DNA of 64,000 bases from an uncultured Gammaproteobacteria bacterium (GCA_963805435.1 CAWDUG010000010.1:111176-175175); one strand, 5' to 3'; counted from the first letter of the stretch, positions 29,542-41,835 are shown. The notes: generated by a model not told the origin, from the sequence alone. Program-made: numbers and translations.

Positions 29542-30683
29542 TTATCTCGAATCGAGCCGTCGATCTCCGCGTCTATTGCATCCCCATCTCCAGAGGCATG
29601 CGCCGATTGCGGCGCTCGCTGTATTCAGCAGCAGGTCCTGGGCGCTGGATGACCGAGTCGGAATCCACGCCTGAACCGTTTCGATACCCAGACTGAAGAT
29701 GAACCCCCAGAGAGTCACCGCTGCAACGATGCTGCCGACGCTTCGGTGATGGCCCATCTGAATTGCTGCCAGAACGAGACCAAAGGGGATGAACCCGATG
29801 AGATTCACGGCGAGATCGCTCAGGCGTGACGCCTCGAGCCCCTCTCGTACCGGATCATCGGCTAGAAAGCTTCGCTCCACTGGCAAGGGCCACGCGGGAA
29901 GATCGCGTCTCCATCAGAATCCGAAGTGTCGCGGATCAGATTTGACGGTCCATTTGCAAAGCGTAGGAATGACAAGGCATTTCTCGTACGCAAGAGGGAG
30001 TATGTCGTTGGTCTTCAGCCACTCGTCTCGATAACGCTGCAGTTCAATTGACGTTAGCGCGCGCGGCATCAGGGCGAACCCGTAAAGCGTTCCGCTCCAG
30101 CCGTTGTCAGATGGACAGAATTTCCCAGCGTCAAACGACTGCCATGCTCGCTAACCGGCATGAGGAGCTGAAGGCTCTGGTCGTGCGCAACCGATTCTCC
30201 GTCCATTATCAGCTCCGTCCCCGACGCGCTTGTGACAATGGCAAGCAAGATCGGGCGGCTCAGGAAGGGCTTCAAATCCGCTGACACGCGCGGCAGGCGT
30301 CGATCGAGCTGTAATCGTCGACCATTCATGACGACCAACTCATCGCGCCACTGCGCTACCACCAACTGCGTCGTATCGTCACCGTTGCTGAACGACGCGA
30401 TGAATTGGAAACCCGGTGCCTGTGGCACCGCAGGGATGAGCCCTAGCAGTATCGTCAGCCCCGACTCGTTGAGACGGTTGGCCACACCTGCGCGCACGAA
30501 GCGTGCGGTATACGCGATTCCAAACTGTCCGAACCGAACGCCCTTCCCACCCTCGAGCCATTTCGCGTCGTTGTGAAACCGGTAACCGTAAGGCGCCAGT
30601 CCCACGAGCAACATCACCACCACGATAACCGCGAAGAGCACCCGCAGACCGCGGCTTGTGCGATCTACCTGCCGGCGCATCAA
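29542..30683 (-). CDS. VanZ-family membrane protein with an extracytoplasmic LamG-like domain (frameshifted)
   Basis: N-terminal TM plus beta-rich region (30069-30683). VanZ motifs DLAVNLIGFIPFG and LGIETVQAWIPTRSSSAQDLLLN (29542-29886). Confidence 0.7.
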
Positions 30684-30883
30684 TGCATTCGCGCAGCTGG
30701 GATGGGGGCTTGATGCATGTGCCGGAATTCGGCAACCGGCCTAAACTCCACACGGCCGACATCGACGCACAGATGCGATAGTCCAGACCTCATGGATCTC
30801 AGGCGAATGTTCTTCTGAGGCCAGCGCCCGCTAGCCCTAATATCCGCGGTGCAGGCCCAGCACCGCGTTGCGATCGACAACGG

Positions 30884-31931
30884 TTACCGCCCAACGCTTG
30901 TATCGACCCTTTCAAGCCAAATTTCGCGCCAGTAAGGGTACATGGCTCTAGGACAAAGCATCCTGCATTGACTGTAGCGGGCTTGGCAAACAACTGAGTC
31001 GAGGATGATGCAGGGCGTCTTCATCTCCATCATCTTGCCGGTCTGCTCGCTAATCAGTTTGGTGACCCTCCTGGCACCTTGTACGTTCCACCGCAATAGG
31101 GCACCAGCTCTGCATCCCAAAACATGCCGCGATTGCGATTTCCGTCGTGACTGTCCCCAAGATGTCTTCGTGCGGTCTCACCCTGACCAGCTCGCCGGGC
31201 TGGAGATTCAAAGTCACGGCGCGAGTCGGCTGTCCCTCAGGGATCCGCCCGGGGGTTCGGGGCCAGTTGCTGCCCCCCCAAAACCAACAAAGCCTATTGT
31301 ATAGCCACCTCATGGCAGGACCAATTCCAATTCCGGCTTGCTTAAATGGTAGTAGGACGAGTAGGCCAAACCGGCGCAAAGTTGCTTCACCGTGACGTTG
31401 CCGGACGTGAAGTCTTCGACATACTGGCGAAGGTCCCACCACTTTAGCGGAGCGCTGCCCTTTTGAATCTCCGTAGCCTGACAGAAATAGCGCGGGCTGC
31501 CGCCTGCAGCGTCGGTTCCATGAGTCCGCCCCAGCAAGACGTCTTCGGTGCAATTCCGCGGACGCATATCGATCTCTGGAGTTCACTTGTGGGGCCAAGT
31601 GATTGCCTGGATGCTCGGTCGCGACTGGCTTTAGCCACGCTTCTTCCAGATAACCGTGCACCCGGCTTGGCACCCGCCGTGGGCCGAACCGTCGCACCGC
31701 GTCTGAAGAAGAACTGCATCCTGATCCTGCGGCTCAGATAAGGGTACTTCGTCGTGTAGTCACAGCTCTTGTGTGCGCTCTTATAAGACACGAAATCGCT
31801 GTCCACAAAACCGAAACATCTCGGGCATGAAGAGCATGCCCTCCAAACACCCGTCGGATCGAGCGTTCGAAGGATTTCGTTCTTTGCTTCTGACCTCGAC
31901 CCAACTGCCCGGTCGAAAACCTGGCGCTCAT
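30884..31931 (-). CDS. Cys-rich protein with two tandem homologous domains (multiple frameshifts)
   Basis: Fragments read across frames: ...GMLFMPEM...CG...AHKSCD...RCDGSAHGGCQAGC...W...WLKPV and LQPGELVRVR...PYCGG...CIIL...VC...C...CPRAMYPYWREIWLERV. Confidence 0.6.
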
Positions 31932-31945
31932 GTTTCGTCCCCAGT

Positions 31946-33395
31946 TCAGCTGCGCAGAAGGCCCAACGCGCGAAATACGTCCAAAAAGAACTGTCGCTGG
32001 CGCTGCCTCAAAAGAAGCATTCCACCGTAGGCGAACATCAGAACAGTCGCCTGGACTGGTAAGCGGACTGTCGGCGAAAGATGCTGCAACCTGTACCGAC
32101 GACATAGGCGAGCGCCACGGACACGATTCCAGCGACAACGGGAGGCGCAAAGCTGTTCGGAACAGCTCGGCTGGAGAAATCACTGTACCCCTTACAGCCC
32201 ACCATACCGCCGGACCGATCCAGGCCAACATCACAAGTGAATACGCACGCGCAATCCAAACGGGCCCAAAGGGCAAGGCGAGGCCATAGGCCAGGATTGT
32301 TACAGGGGCAATGACTATGGACATCCAAAGAGCGCGTCGAGCCATCCCCAATGAGTAGAGGAACCATCCCAGCGGGTTGACGATGGCAAAGGCGAGAATG
32401 GTCGGCGCAAGCCAGCGGAATATGGGGACGGTTGCCTCCCACTTTTGGCCTAGGAGTACTGCGATCAGATCAGTGGCCAGGAGCCCGCAAGCAATTGTGA
32501 TCGGGACAGTGACCGCCAGGACAAGGGCATAGCCCTTGAGAAAATAACTCTTCAGCCGATTCGGATCGTTTTGAACTCTCGACAGCCCGGAGAAAGCGAC
32601 CTCACCAGCGGCCGAATTGAGGTTGTCTATTGGGATACTTACCAGCTGATACGCGCGACCATAGATGCCCAGCGCTTCAACCCCCCAATACCGTCCGATC
32701 AACATTTTGTCGACGTTGTTGGTCAGGTATACGAAGAGGCTGTTCATTGTTAATAGTCCACCGAACTTCAGGAGCGAACGCACATCCGAGCCCCGTTGAG
32801 GTTTGCCCGGAATCCAACGAGAAGCAATCCAGCAGCCAACCGTTGTACCCACAGGTAGTACGAGCGTCATCGCGACCAGTGACCAATATCTTGCGCCGGC
32901 CAGAGCGGTAACGATTGCTGCAAGACCCGCAGCGACCAACGAAACCGTGTTGATCATCGCGAGCGCAGTGAACCTCATTTCCCGCTGTAAGAGAGCACCG
33001 TGTTGAATGCCCGCAGAGTTCAGAACGAAGCCCAACGAGAGTGCCGCTGTCAGTTCGAAAAGCTTTGGCTCTCGGTACCAGGCAGCAATGGCCGGCGCCG
33101 CTATCAGTCCGACGATCGCCAACCCGCACCCGACAAGAACATTGATCCAGAAGAGTGTCGAGGATTGAGCCTCGGTGATGGTTTCCTTCTGAACCGCCGC
33201 AGCCGAAAGGCCGAAGTCGCGAAAGAGGGCGAGCACGCCCGTAAAAGCGGTCACCATGCCGACCAAACCGAAGTCGTCGGGGCTCAACAGTCGCGCAAGG
33301 ATGATGAGCGTCACAATGCGGACCGCGAAATTCGCCCCCTGAGCGGCGATCCGGGCTACACCGCCGCGAAGAGCCTTATCTCTCAGACCCTCCAT
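31946..33395 (-). CDS. wzx: Wzx/WzxC-like polysaccharide flippase (frameshifts in the 3' end)
   Basis: ILARLLSPDDFGLVGM, DFGLSAAAVQ, STLFWIN, DKMLIGR..G...LGIYGRAY, FSGLSRVQ, VLLGQKW. A plausible C-terminus FFLDVFRALG ends at TGA 31946. Confidence 0.85.
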
Positions 33396-33930
33396 TTGCC
33401 GTCTGTATCGCGTAGAGCTCTCTCTAGCATTGACGTGATAGAACGGCCTGCTCGAAGAGGACCCATCGATCGTACGGTTACGCCCTCGCCGTGCTCGCAC
33501 AAGACAGCATCCTGATTCCGATCAGCGGCGGTGCCGGCCTCCTCCACCCCAGCATCCTTCATTCGCAAGTTCGTGATGGCTATCACCGTCTGTGTTATCT
33601 CAGCTGCGGTCAGTCTGGCCCCGAAAAGATTTCATGCCGCGTACTGTAGATTCTCCTTGAGCCAGGCGGCGGGCGCACTAACCCTATCCCAGAAATGGAA
33701 TCCCAGTCGCAGTTTCCATCCAAGCACAGGCGATACCAGACCGAGTGTCGTGAGCGTGTGAATGCCGATCGCCTTTATCTCCCCTATCCCTCCGTTTTGA
33801 GTGCGAACAGTGCCAGCTCGTCGGTGAGTCTTCGATCGCTTCGTCGCTGCCGCCCCCCAGGCGTGCGAGAAACGCCGGAGCACCAACTGCAGTTCTACCG
33901 GCCACCAACGCTCGGGATGACGGGAGTGGA

Positions 33931-34014
33931 AGTCGATTTCTTTTACAGATGCTGCGATCGCGGGATCACTTTATTCATTAAATCAATCGATTATAGATTG
34001 GCGCATTTATTGCT
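33931..34014 (+). promoter_or_regulatory. PrsR-box + IHF site + sigma-54 promoter
   Basis: AGTCGATTTCTTTTACA (33931-33947), a perfect IHF consensus AATCAA-TCGA-TTA (33981-33993), and TTGGCGCATTTATTGCT (33998-34014). Confidence 0.8.
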
Positions 34015-34278
34015 TGAAACCAACTTTGTCGAACGTCTCGGTGAATTCGTGGCCGAGGACTGCCGGCGCTCCTGCCGTCAATTGTCAGGCCAATTGCGGG
34101 CGGTCGTGGTGACAGTGTTAACGCGCTGGGCAATAGAGGACGTCATGTCTGTTGCGACGACGACTCAGCACCGGGCAACGCGTGCTCATGAAGGGTCACG
34201 GCGCTGCACGGCGTTGATCTACGTTTCCGAATCCAGAGCGTCATTTGAGCGGCGAGTATCGTCGATGCGGGAGAGCCC

Positions 34279-37200
34279 TTGATGCTACTGAAGGCGCAAC
34301 GATGGCAGCGATTGGGTTTGCCATACGCCGTGCTAGTAGGAGTACTTCTGCTCCCTCCCGCCGGGGCAGCCGCTGACACGGCCCTAGTCGCGGCATACGG
34401 GTTCAACGAAGCCAGCGGCGCCACTGTGAGCGACGCCTCTGGAAACGGAAACACGGGGACGATCATGGGGGCGACGTGGTCGACCCAGGGTCGGGCTGGC
34501 GGTGCGCTGCAATTCGACGGCGTGAGCAGCAAGGTGTGGGTGGCTGCGGCGACGTCACTGAACCTTTCCTCAGCGTTTACGTTGGAAGCGTGGACTCTTC
34601 CGACGGCCGCACAAAGCGGGTGGCGGACGATCATGCTGCGGGAGGGGGATGGATACTTCCTCCAGGCCAGCACCCAGCAAGGCCCGTTGTGGCCGGGGGG
34701 TGGCGGGACGTTCAACGGGACGTTCAAATTCCTGGGCGGAACGTCTGCGAGCCCGGTGAATACCTGGACACACCTGGCGTTGACCTACGATGGGACAACG
34801 CTACGGCTATACGTGAACGGCGTCCTTTCCTCGAGTGCGGCGCGGACAGGGGCCGTAGCGGCGACGACGAACCCCCTCTGGATCGGCGGCAACAGTCCCT
34901 GGGGTGAATACTTCCAGGGCTTGATTGACGAAGTGCGGGTCTACAACCGTGCGCTGACCGCGGCGGAACTCCAGACCGACATGAGTACGCCGGTAACCCC
35001 GGCCGGTCCCGACACGACGGCGCCAACGGCGCCAGCACAACGGCGTTGCGGCAAGCGCGACGCAGATCAACTTGAGCTGGCGGCCTCGACCGATAACGTC
35101 GGCGTGACGGGCTACCGGGTCGAGCGCTGCCAAGGCGTCGCGTGCAGCAGTTTCGTGCAGGTGCTGACGCCGACCGGCACGAGCGTGAGTGACACGGGGC
35201 TGACTGCCTCGAGCAGCTACAGCTACCGGATCCGTGCCGTCGACGCCGCCGGCAATCTCGGTGGCTACTCGCCGGTGGCCACGGCCACTACGCAGGCGGC
35301 GCCCGACACGACGGCGCCAACGGCGCCGGCCAGCGCCTCGGCAACCGCCACGAGCGACACGCAGATCAACCTGAGCTGGGCCGCCTCGACCGATAACGTC
35401 GGCGTGACGGGCTACCGGGTCGAGCGCTGCCAAGGCGTCGCGTGCAGCAGTTTCGTGCAGGTGCTGACGCCGACCGGCACGAGCGTGAGTGACACGGGGC
35501 TGAGTGCCTCGAGCAGCTACAGCTACCGGATCCGTGCCGTCGACGCCGCCGGCAATCTCGGTGGCTACTCGCCGGTGGCCACGGCCACTACGCAGGCGGC
35601 GCCCGACACGACGGCGCCAACGGCGCCGGCCAGCGCCTCGGCAACCGCCACGAGCGACACGCAGATCAACCTGAGCTGGGCCGCCTCGACCGATAACGTC
35701 GGCGTGACGGGCTACCGGGTCGAGCGCTGCCAAGGCGTCGCGTGCAGCAGTTTCGTGCAGGTGCTGACGCCGACCGGCACGAGCGTGAGTGACACGGGGC
35801 TGACTGCCTCGAGCAGCTACAGCTACCGGATCCGTGCCGTCGACGCCGCCGGCAATCTCGGTGGCTACTCGCCGGTGGCCACGGCCACTACGCAGGCGGC
35901 GCCCGACACGACGGCGCCAACGGCGCCGGCCAGCGCCTCGGCAACCGCCACGAGCGACACGCAGATCAACCTGAGCTGGGCCGCCTCGACCGATAACGTC
36001 GGCGTGACGGGCTACCGGGTCGAGCGCTGCCAAGGCGTCGCGTGCAGCAGTTTCGTGCAGGTGCTGACGCCGACCGGCACGAGCGTGAGTGACACGGGCC
36101 TGAGTGCCTCGAGCAGCTACAGCTACCGGATCCGTGCCGTCGACGCCGCCGGCAATCTCGGTGGCTACTCGCCGGTGGCCACGGCCACTACGCAGGCGGC
36201 GCCCGACACGACGGCGCCAACGGCGCCGGCCAGCGCCTCGGCAACCGCCACGAGCGACACGCAGATCAACCTGAGCTGGGCCGCCTCGACCGATAACGTC
36301 GGCGTGACGGGCTACCGGGTCGAGCGCTGCCAAGGCGTCGCGTGCAGCAGTTTCGTGCAGGTGCTGACGCCGACCGGCACGAGCGTGAGTGACACGGGCC
36401 TGAGTGCCTCGAGCAGCTACAGCTACCGGATCCGTGCCGTCGACGCCGCCGGCAATCTCGGTGGCTACTCGCCGGTGGCCACGGCCACTACGCAGGCGGC
36501 GCCCGACACGACGGCGCCAACGGCGCCGGCCAGCGCCTCGGCAACCGCCACGAGCGACACGCAGATCAACCTGAGCTGGGCCGCCTCGACCGATAACGTC
36601 GGCGTGACGGGCTACCGGGTCGAGCGCTGCCAAGGCGTCGCGTGCAGCAGTTTCGTGCAGGTGCTGACGCCGACCGGCACGAGCGTGAGTGACACGGGCC
36701 TGAGTGCCTCGAGCAGCTACAGCTACCGGATCCGTGCCGTCGACGCCGCCGGCAATCTCGGTGGCTACTCGCCGGTGGCCACGGCCACTACGCAGGCGGC
36801 GCCCGACACGACGGCGCCAACGGCGCCGGCCAGCGCCTCGGCAACCGCCACGAGCGACACGCAGATCAACCTGAGCTGGGCCGCCTCGACCGATAACGTC
36901 GGCGTGACGGGCTACCGGGTCGAGCGCTGCCAAGGCGTCGCGTGCAGCAGTTTCGTGCAGGTGCTGACGCCGACCGGCACGAGCGTGAGTGACACGGGCC
37001 TGAGTGCCTCGAGCAGCTACAGCTACCGGATCCGTGCCGTCGACGCCGCCGGCAATCTCGGTGGCTACTCGCCGGTGGCCACGGCCACTACGCAGGCGGC
37101 GCCCGACACGACGGCGCCAACGGCGCCGGCCAGCGCCTCGGCAACCGCCACGAGCGACACGCAGATCAACCTGAGCTGGGCCGCCTCGACCGATAACGTC

Positions 37201-40200
37201 GGCGTGACGGGCTACCGGGTCGAGCGCTGCCAAGGCGTCGCGTGCAGCAGTTTCGTGCAGGTGCTGACGCCGACCGGCACGAGCGTGAGTGACACGGGCC
37301 TGAGTGCCTCGAGCAGCTACAGCTACCGGATCCGTGCCGTCGACGCCGCCGGCAATCTCGGTGGCTACTCGCCGGTGGCCACGGCCACTACTACCACTAC
37401 CATCTCTTCCAATCTGGTCGCGGCATACGGGTTCAACGAAGCCAGCGGCGCTACTGTGAGCGACGCATCTGGAAACGGAAACACGGGGACGATCATGGGG
37501 GCGACGTGGTCGACCCAGGGTCGGGCTGGCGGTGCGCTGCAATTCGATGGCGTGAGCAGCAAGGTGTGGGTGGCTGCGGCGACGTCACTGAACCTTTCCT
37601 CAGCGTTTACGTTGGAAGCGTGGACTCTTCCGACGGCCGCACAAAGCGGGTGGCGGACGATCATGCTGCGGGAGGGGGATGGATACTTCCTCCAGGCCAG
37701 TACCCAGCAAGGCCCGTTGTGGCCGGGGGGTGGCGGGACGTTCAACGGCACATTCGCATTCGCGGGTGGAACGTCTGCGAGCCCGGTGAATACCTGGACA
37801 CACCTGGCGTTGACCTACGATGGGACAACGCTACGGCTATACGTGAACGGCGTCCTTTCCTCGAGTGCGGCGCGGACAGGGGCCGTAGCGGCGACGACGA
37901 ACCCCCTCTGGATCGGCGGCAACAGTCCCTGGGGTGAATACTTCCAGGGCTTGATTGACGAAGTGCGGGTCTACAACCGTGCGCTGACCGCGGCGGAACT
38001 CCAGACCGACATGAGTACGCCGGTAACCCCGGCCGGTCCCGACACGACGGCGCCAACGGCGCCAGCGAACGCAACGGCGTTGGCGGCAAGCGCGACGCAG
38101 ATCAACTTGAGCTGGACGGCCTCGACCGATAACGTCGGCGTGACGGGCTACCGGGTCGAGCGCTGCCAAGGCGTCGCGTGCAGCAGTTTCGTGCAGGTGC
38201 TGACGCCGACCGGCACGAGCGTGAGTGACACGGGGCTCACTGCCTCGAGCAGCTACAGCTACCGGATCCGTGCCGTCGACGCCGCCGGCAATCTGGGCGC
38301 CTACTCCAACACGGCTAGTGCCACGACGCTGGTTCCCGATACGGCGCCGCCAACGGCGCCAGCGAACGCAACGGCGTTGGCGGCAAGCGCGACGCAGATC
38401 AACTTGAGCTGGACGGCCTCGACCGATAACGTCGGCGTGACGGGCTACCGGGTCGAGCGCTGCCAAGGCGTCGCGTGCAGCAGTTTCGTGCAGGTGCTGA
38501 CGCCGACCGGCACGAGCGTGAGTGACACGGGCCTGACTGCCTCGAGCAGCTACAGCTACCGGATCCGTGCCGTCGACGCCGCCGGCAATCTGGGCGCCTA
38601 CTCCAACACGGCTAGTGCCACGACGCTGGTTCCCGATACGGCGCCGCCAACGGCGCCAGCGAACGCAACGGCGTTGGCGGCAAGCGCGACGCAGATCAAC
38701 TTGAGCTGGACGGCCTCGACCGATAACGTCGGCGTGACGGGCTACCGGGTCGAGCGCTGCCAAGGCGTCGCGTGCAGCAGTTTCGTGCAGGTGCTGACGC
38801 CGACCGGCACGAGCGTGAGTGACACGGGCCTGAGTGCCTCGAGCAGCTACAGCTACCGGATCCGTGCCGTCGACGCCGCCGGCAATCTCAGCGCCTATTC
38901 GGGCGTCGCGACCGCAACAACGATGACGGCGCAGTTCAACCCCGTGGTCATCGAGAACCAACAGCCCGGATCCAGCGCGTGGCAGCTCGGCGACCTCTAT
39001 GGGCGGCCATACGCGACGGATGCCGCGGGCCAAATCAAAGGGTACGCATCCGCGGTCAGCGTCAACAAGGGCGAAAGCATCAATGTCCACGTGAGTGTGA
39101 ATCCAGCACAAACGTATACGATCGACGTATATCGAATGGGTTGGTACCAGGGGCTGGGTGGACGCCTCATGCAACACGTCGGCCCGCTCAGCGGAATCAC
39201 TCAACCTACCTGTCCGACGAACGCATCCACGGGAATGATCGAGTGCAACTGGTCGACTGGTCTTACTCTAGCGACGCAGACCTCATGGACCAGCGGAATC
39301 TATCTGGCTGTCCTGAAGAACGCGCAGGGGTTCTACAATTACATTACCTTCACAGTGCGCGACGACGGCCGGTCAGCTGATTTCCTATTTCAGCAATCCG
39401 TGACGACCTATCAGGCCTACAACAGCTATCCCGACAACGGTGCCACCGGAAAAAGTCTCTACGAACACAACAGCGCGGGGGCAAACACGCTTGCAGGAAC
39501 GGTTAGGGCGGTGAAAGTCTCTTTCGATCGGCCCTACGCCAATGACGGCGCAGGTCTTTTCTTGCAACTCTCGGAAATCAATACGCTTCGGTGGTTGGAA
39601 AAGTCAGGTTACGACGTAGCGTATTCGACCGATCTGGAAACACACACGGACGGCATCCGACTACTGAACTATCGAGGTTTTCTCTCACTCCCGCATGACG
39701 AGTACTGGTCGAAGCCGATGTATGACGCCGCCGTTTCAGCACGCGATGCAGGGGTCAACCTGGCGTTCCTCGGCGCCAACTCGATCTTTTGGCAGGTTCG
39801 TTTCGAGCCCTCGAGCACTGGTGTGGCGAATCGGGTGATGGTTTGCTACAAGGAAGCGTCGCTCGATCCAATTGCTGTCACGAGTCTGAAGACAATCAGA
39901 TGGCGCGATGCAGGTGTCGCTCGCCCCGAGCAGGCGTTCGTCGGCGTCGAGTTTACGAATGGCCCAAACAGCGGCTGGGCTCCGTACGTGGTTACGAACA
40001 GCGGAAACTGGGTGTATGCCGGAACCGGCTTTAAGGATGGCGACGCTGTGCCCGGGCTCGTCGGGTATGAAGCCGATCGCGTTGTCAGTGGGGATGGCGC
40101 GCCAGCTGCGGTGAACGGCACTTACGTGCTGTTGTCACACTCGCCATATGCTGGATCTCAGGGTGCAGACTATTCGAATTCATCGATTTACCAGGCACCC

Positions 40201-40345
40201 AGCGGAGCGTGGGTGTTCGCGATCCGGCACGATGGCCTGGGGCTGGGGGCTTGATGATTGGTATCCCGAGGGAGCCGTGGATAAGGTTGATTCTCGAATC
40301 CAGAAGACCACGGCAAACATTCTATCTAGGTTCCTCGGCCCCTAA
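34279..40345 (+). CDS. Giant secreted LamG-(FN3)8-LamG-(FN3)3 protein with a C-terminal N,N-dimethylformamidase beta-subunit-like domain
   Basis: Signal peptide, two LamG, 11 FN3 with a CQGVAC loop, and a C-terminal domain with ENQQPG, IKGYAS, YRMGWY, TYQAYN, VSFDRP, HDEYWS, GYEAD. A frameshift near 40220 places the true end (GTMAWGWGLD...TANIL) at 40345. Local indels also occur at about 35035-35080. Confidence 0.85.
35011..37390 (+). repeat. Eight tandem near-identical 300-bp FN3 repeats
   Basis: Units start at 35011, 35305, 35605, 35905, 36205, 36505, 36805 and 37105. Units 2-8 differ at only about two visible positions. Confidence 0.95.
38041..38925 (+). repeat. Three tandem 297-bp FN3 repeats
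   Basis: Units start at about 38041, 38338 and 38635 and share the core of the 300-bp units. Confidence 0.9.
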
Positions 40346-40550
40346 GGCTCGAGTGGGCCCGTACCTTTCTCGACGTGCTGGGCGAGCCAGAAAAGTAGAG
40401 GGTTAGAAATTCGAACGGGATAGCGTTTTGAGCAGCCGTCGGCGGCGGCTCGATGACCTCTTGCGTGGGACGACGTCGACGCTCGGCGTGTCCACCAACG
40501 CCTGATCCGGCATGCGACCCTTCCGAACTCGAAATATTACCCGGAGCACG

Positions 40551-41828
40551 ATGTACCAGGCGGAGACGTCGGCTGATCTGCTGAAGAAGAAGCACCTCTT
40601 GCCGAGGTCCCCTCTGGAGTGGACACGTGTCGGCACCACGGTGCTGCTTCTCGGCGCCACTAGCCTCTTCGCCGACGTCTCGGCGGAGATGGTTAGTACC
40701 ACGTTGCCCATCTACTTACTGGTCACGCTGCAGCTTTCGCCATTTCAGATTGGCTTGACCGACGGCATCTATCAGGGCGCCGCCATATTGGTTCGCGTGA
40801 TCAGCGGCATGATTGCCGATCGTTGGCGCAAGCCCAAGCACGTGGCGGCCGCCGGCTATGCCATGTCGGCCGCGTGCAGGTTAGGGTTGCTGATCGCAGG
40901 CAGTAGCTGGATCGCGATATCCAGCGTCACCATGCTCGACCGCATCGGCAAAGGCATTCGCACAGCGCCGCGCGATGCCATGATTGCGGCCAGCAATCGC
41001 AGTGATCGACTGGCCACGGCATTCGGCGTGCATCGAGCCATGGACACGGCCGGTGCCATGCTCGGGCCGCTGCTGGCTGTCGTGGTGCTGGCTGCCGCGC
41101 CGCAAGGCTACGATGCGGTTTTTGTCGTCAGCTTCTGTGTCGCTCTGATTGGTGTCGCCATCATCGTACTGTTCGTCAAGAACCCGGCGCATGGAAGCGG
41201 CGAAGTGTCAGCGGACGACCGCAGCACGACTCCAGCCTCGGTCTCCTCGACGCGAATTCGCGCGCTGCTACGGCAAAAGGAATTCCGCGTCTTGATCGCA
41301 GTGGGCAGCGCACTGTCATTGGTTACGGTGAGCGACAGCTTGCTGTACCTTGCGTTGCAGCAACGCATGACTTTCGCCGTCGGCGTGTTCCCGTTGCTCT
41401 ATGTTGTCACGGCACTGTCGTTCATGGTCCTGGCCATTCCTATGGGCCGCCTCGCAGATCGCATCGGGCATCGGCGCGTCTTCCTACTCGGCTACGGCCT
41501 ACTCTTCGCCGCTTATGCGTTGTTATTGTCGCCGATCATGAACGGTGTCGTGGTGGTTCTCATGCTCGCGACGCTCGGCGCCTACTATGCGGCTACCGAT
41601 GGCGTATTGATGGCGCTAGCTAGTCGTCTTCTGCCGCCCGATATGCTCGCTACGGGGTTGGCTCTGGTGACGACCGGCACCGGGGTTGCGCGGCTGTTGG
41701 CGTCTATGTTGTATGGCGTGTTTTGGGAGCGGTCGGGGGCCGACGTGACGCTCATCTTTTTTGCATTAGCGTTGATCGGGATACTCTGCGCTGTTAGCCG
41801 CACTATCCTACGGACAGCCGTTAACTGA
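40551..41828 (+). CDS. MFS transporter
   Basis: About 12 hydrophobic segments; GMIADRWRK and GRLADRIGHRR motif A; DRIGKGIRTAPRDA; AFGVHRAMDTAGA. Confidence 0.9.
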   Translation: MYQAETSADLLKKKHLLPRSPLEWTRVGTTVLLLGATSLFADVSAEMVSTTLPIYLLVTLQLSPFQIGLTDGIYQGAAILVRVISGMIADRWRKPKHVAAAGYAMSAACRLGLLIAGSSWIAISSVTMLDRIGKGIRTAPRDAMIAASNRSDRLATAFGVHRAMDTAGAMLGPLLAVVVLAAAPQGYDAVFVVSFCVALIGVAIIVLFVKNPAHGSGEVSADDRSTTPASVSSTRIRALLRQKEFRVLIAVGSALSLVTVSDSLLYLALQQRMTFAVGVFPLLYVVTALSFMVLAIPMGRLADRIGHRRVFLLGYGLLFAAYALLLSPIMNGVVVVLMLATLGAYYAATDGVLMALASRLLPPDMLATGLALVTTGTGVARLLASMLYGVFWERSGADVTLIFFALALIGILCAVSRTILRTAVN

Positions 41829-41835
41829 TCGATCG

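Noticed and set aside
33500-33910. Small ORFs between wzx and the giant protein promoter
   Set aside because: No recognisable motifs, RBS or consistent frame; treated as intergenic.
34385-38066. Duplicated LamG segments as a DGR template/variable repeat
   Set aside because: Differences are not adenine-specific, both copies are within one ORF, and no reverse transcriptase is in the window.
35011-38925. Regular repeats as a CRISPR array
   Set aside because: Units are 297-300 bp, in frame and coding, with no unique spacers and no cas genes.
34807-39204. Long antisense ORFs (911 aa and 455 aa)
   Set aside because: Shadow ORFs of GC-rich repeated coding sequence; Arg-rich with no protein-like motifs.
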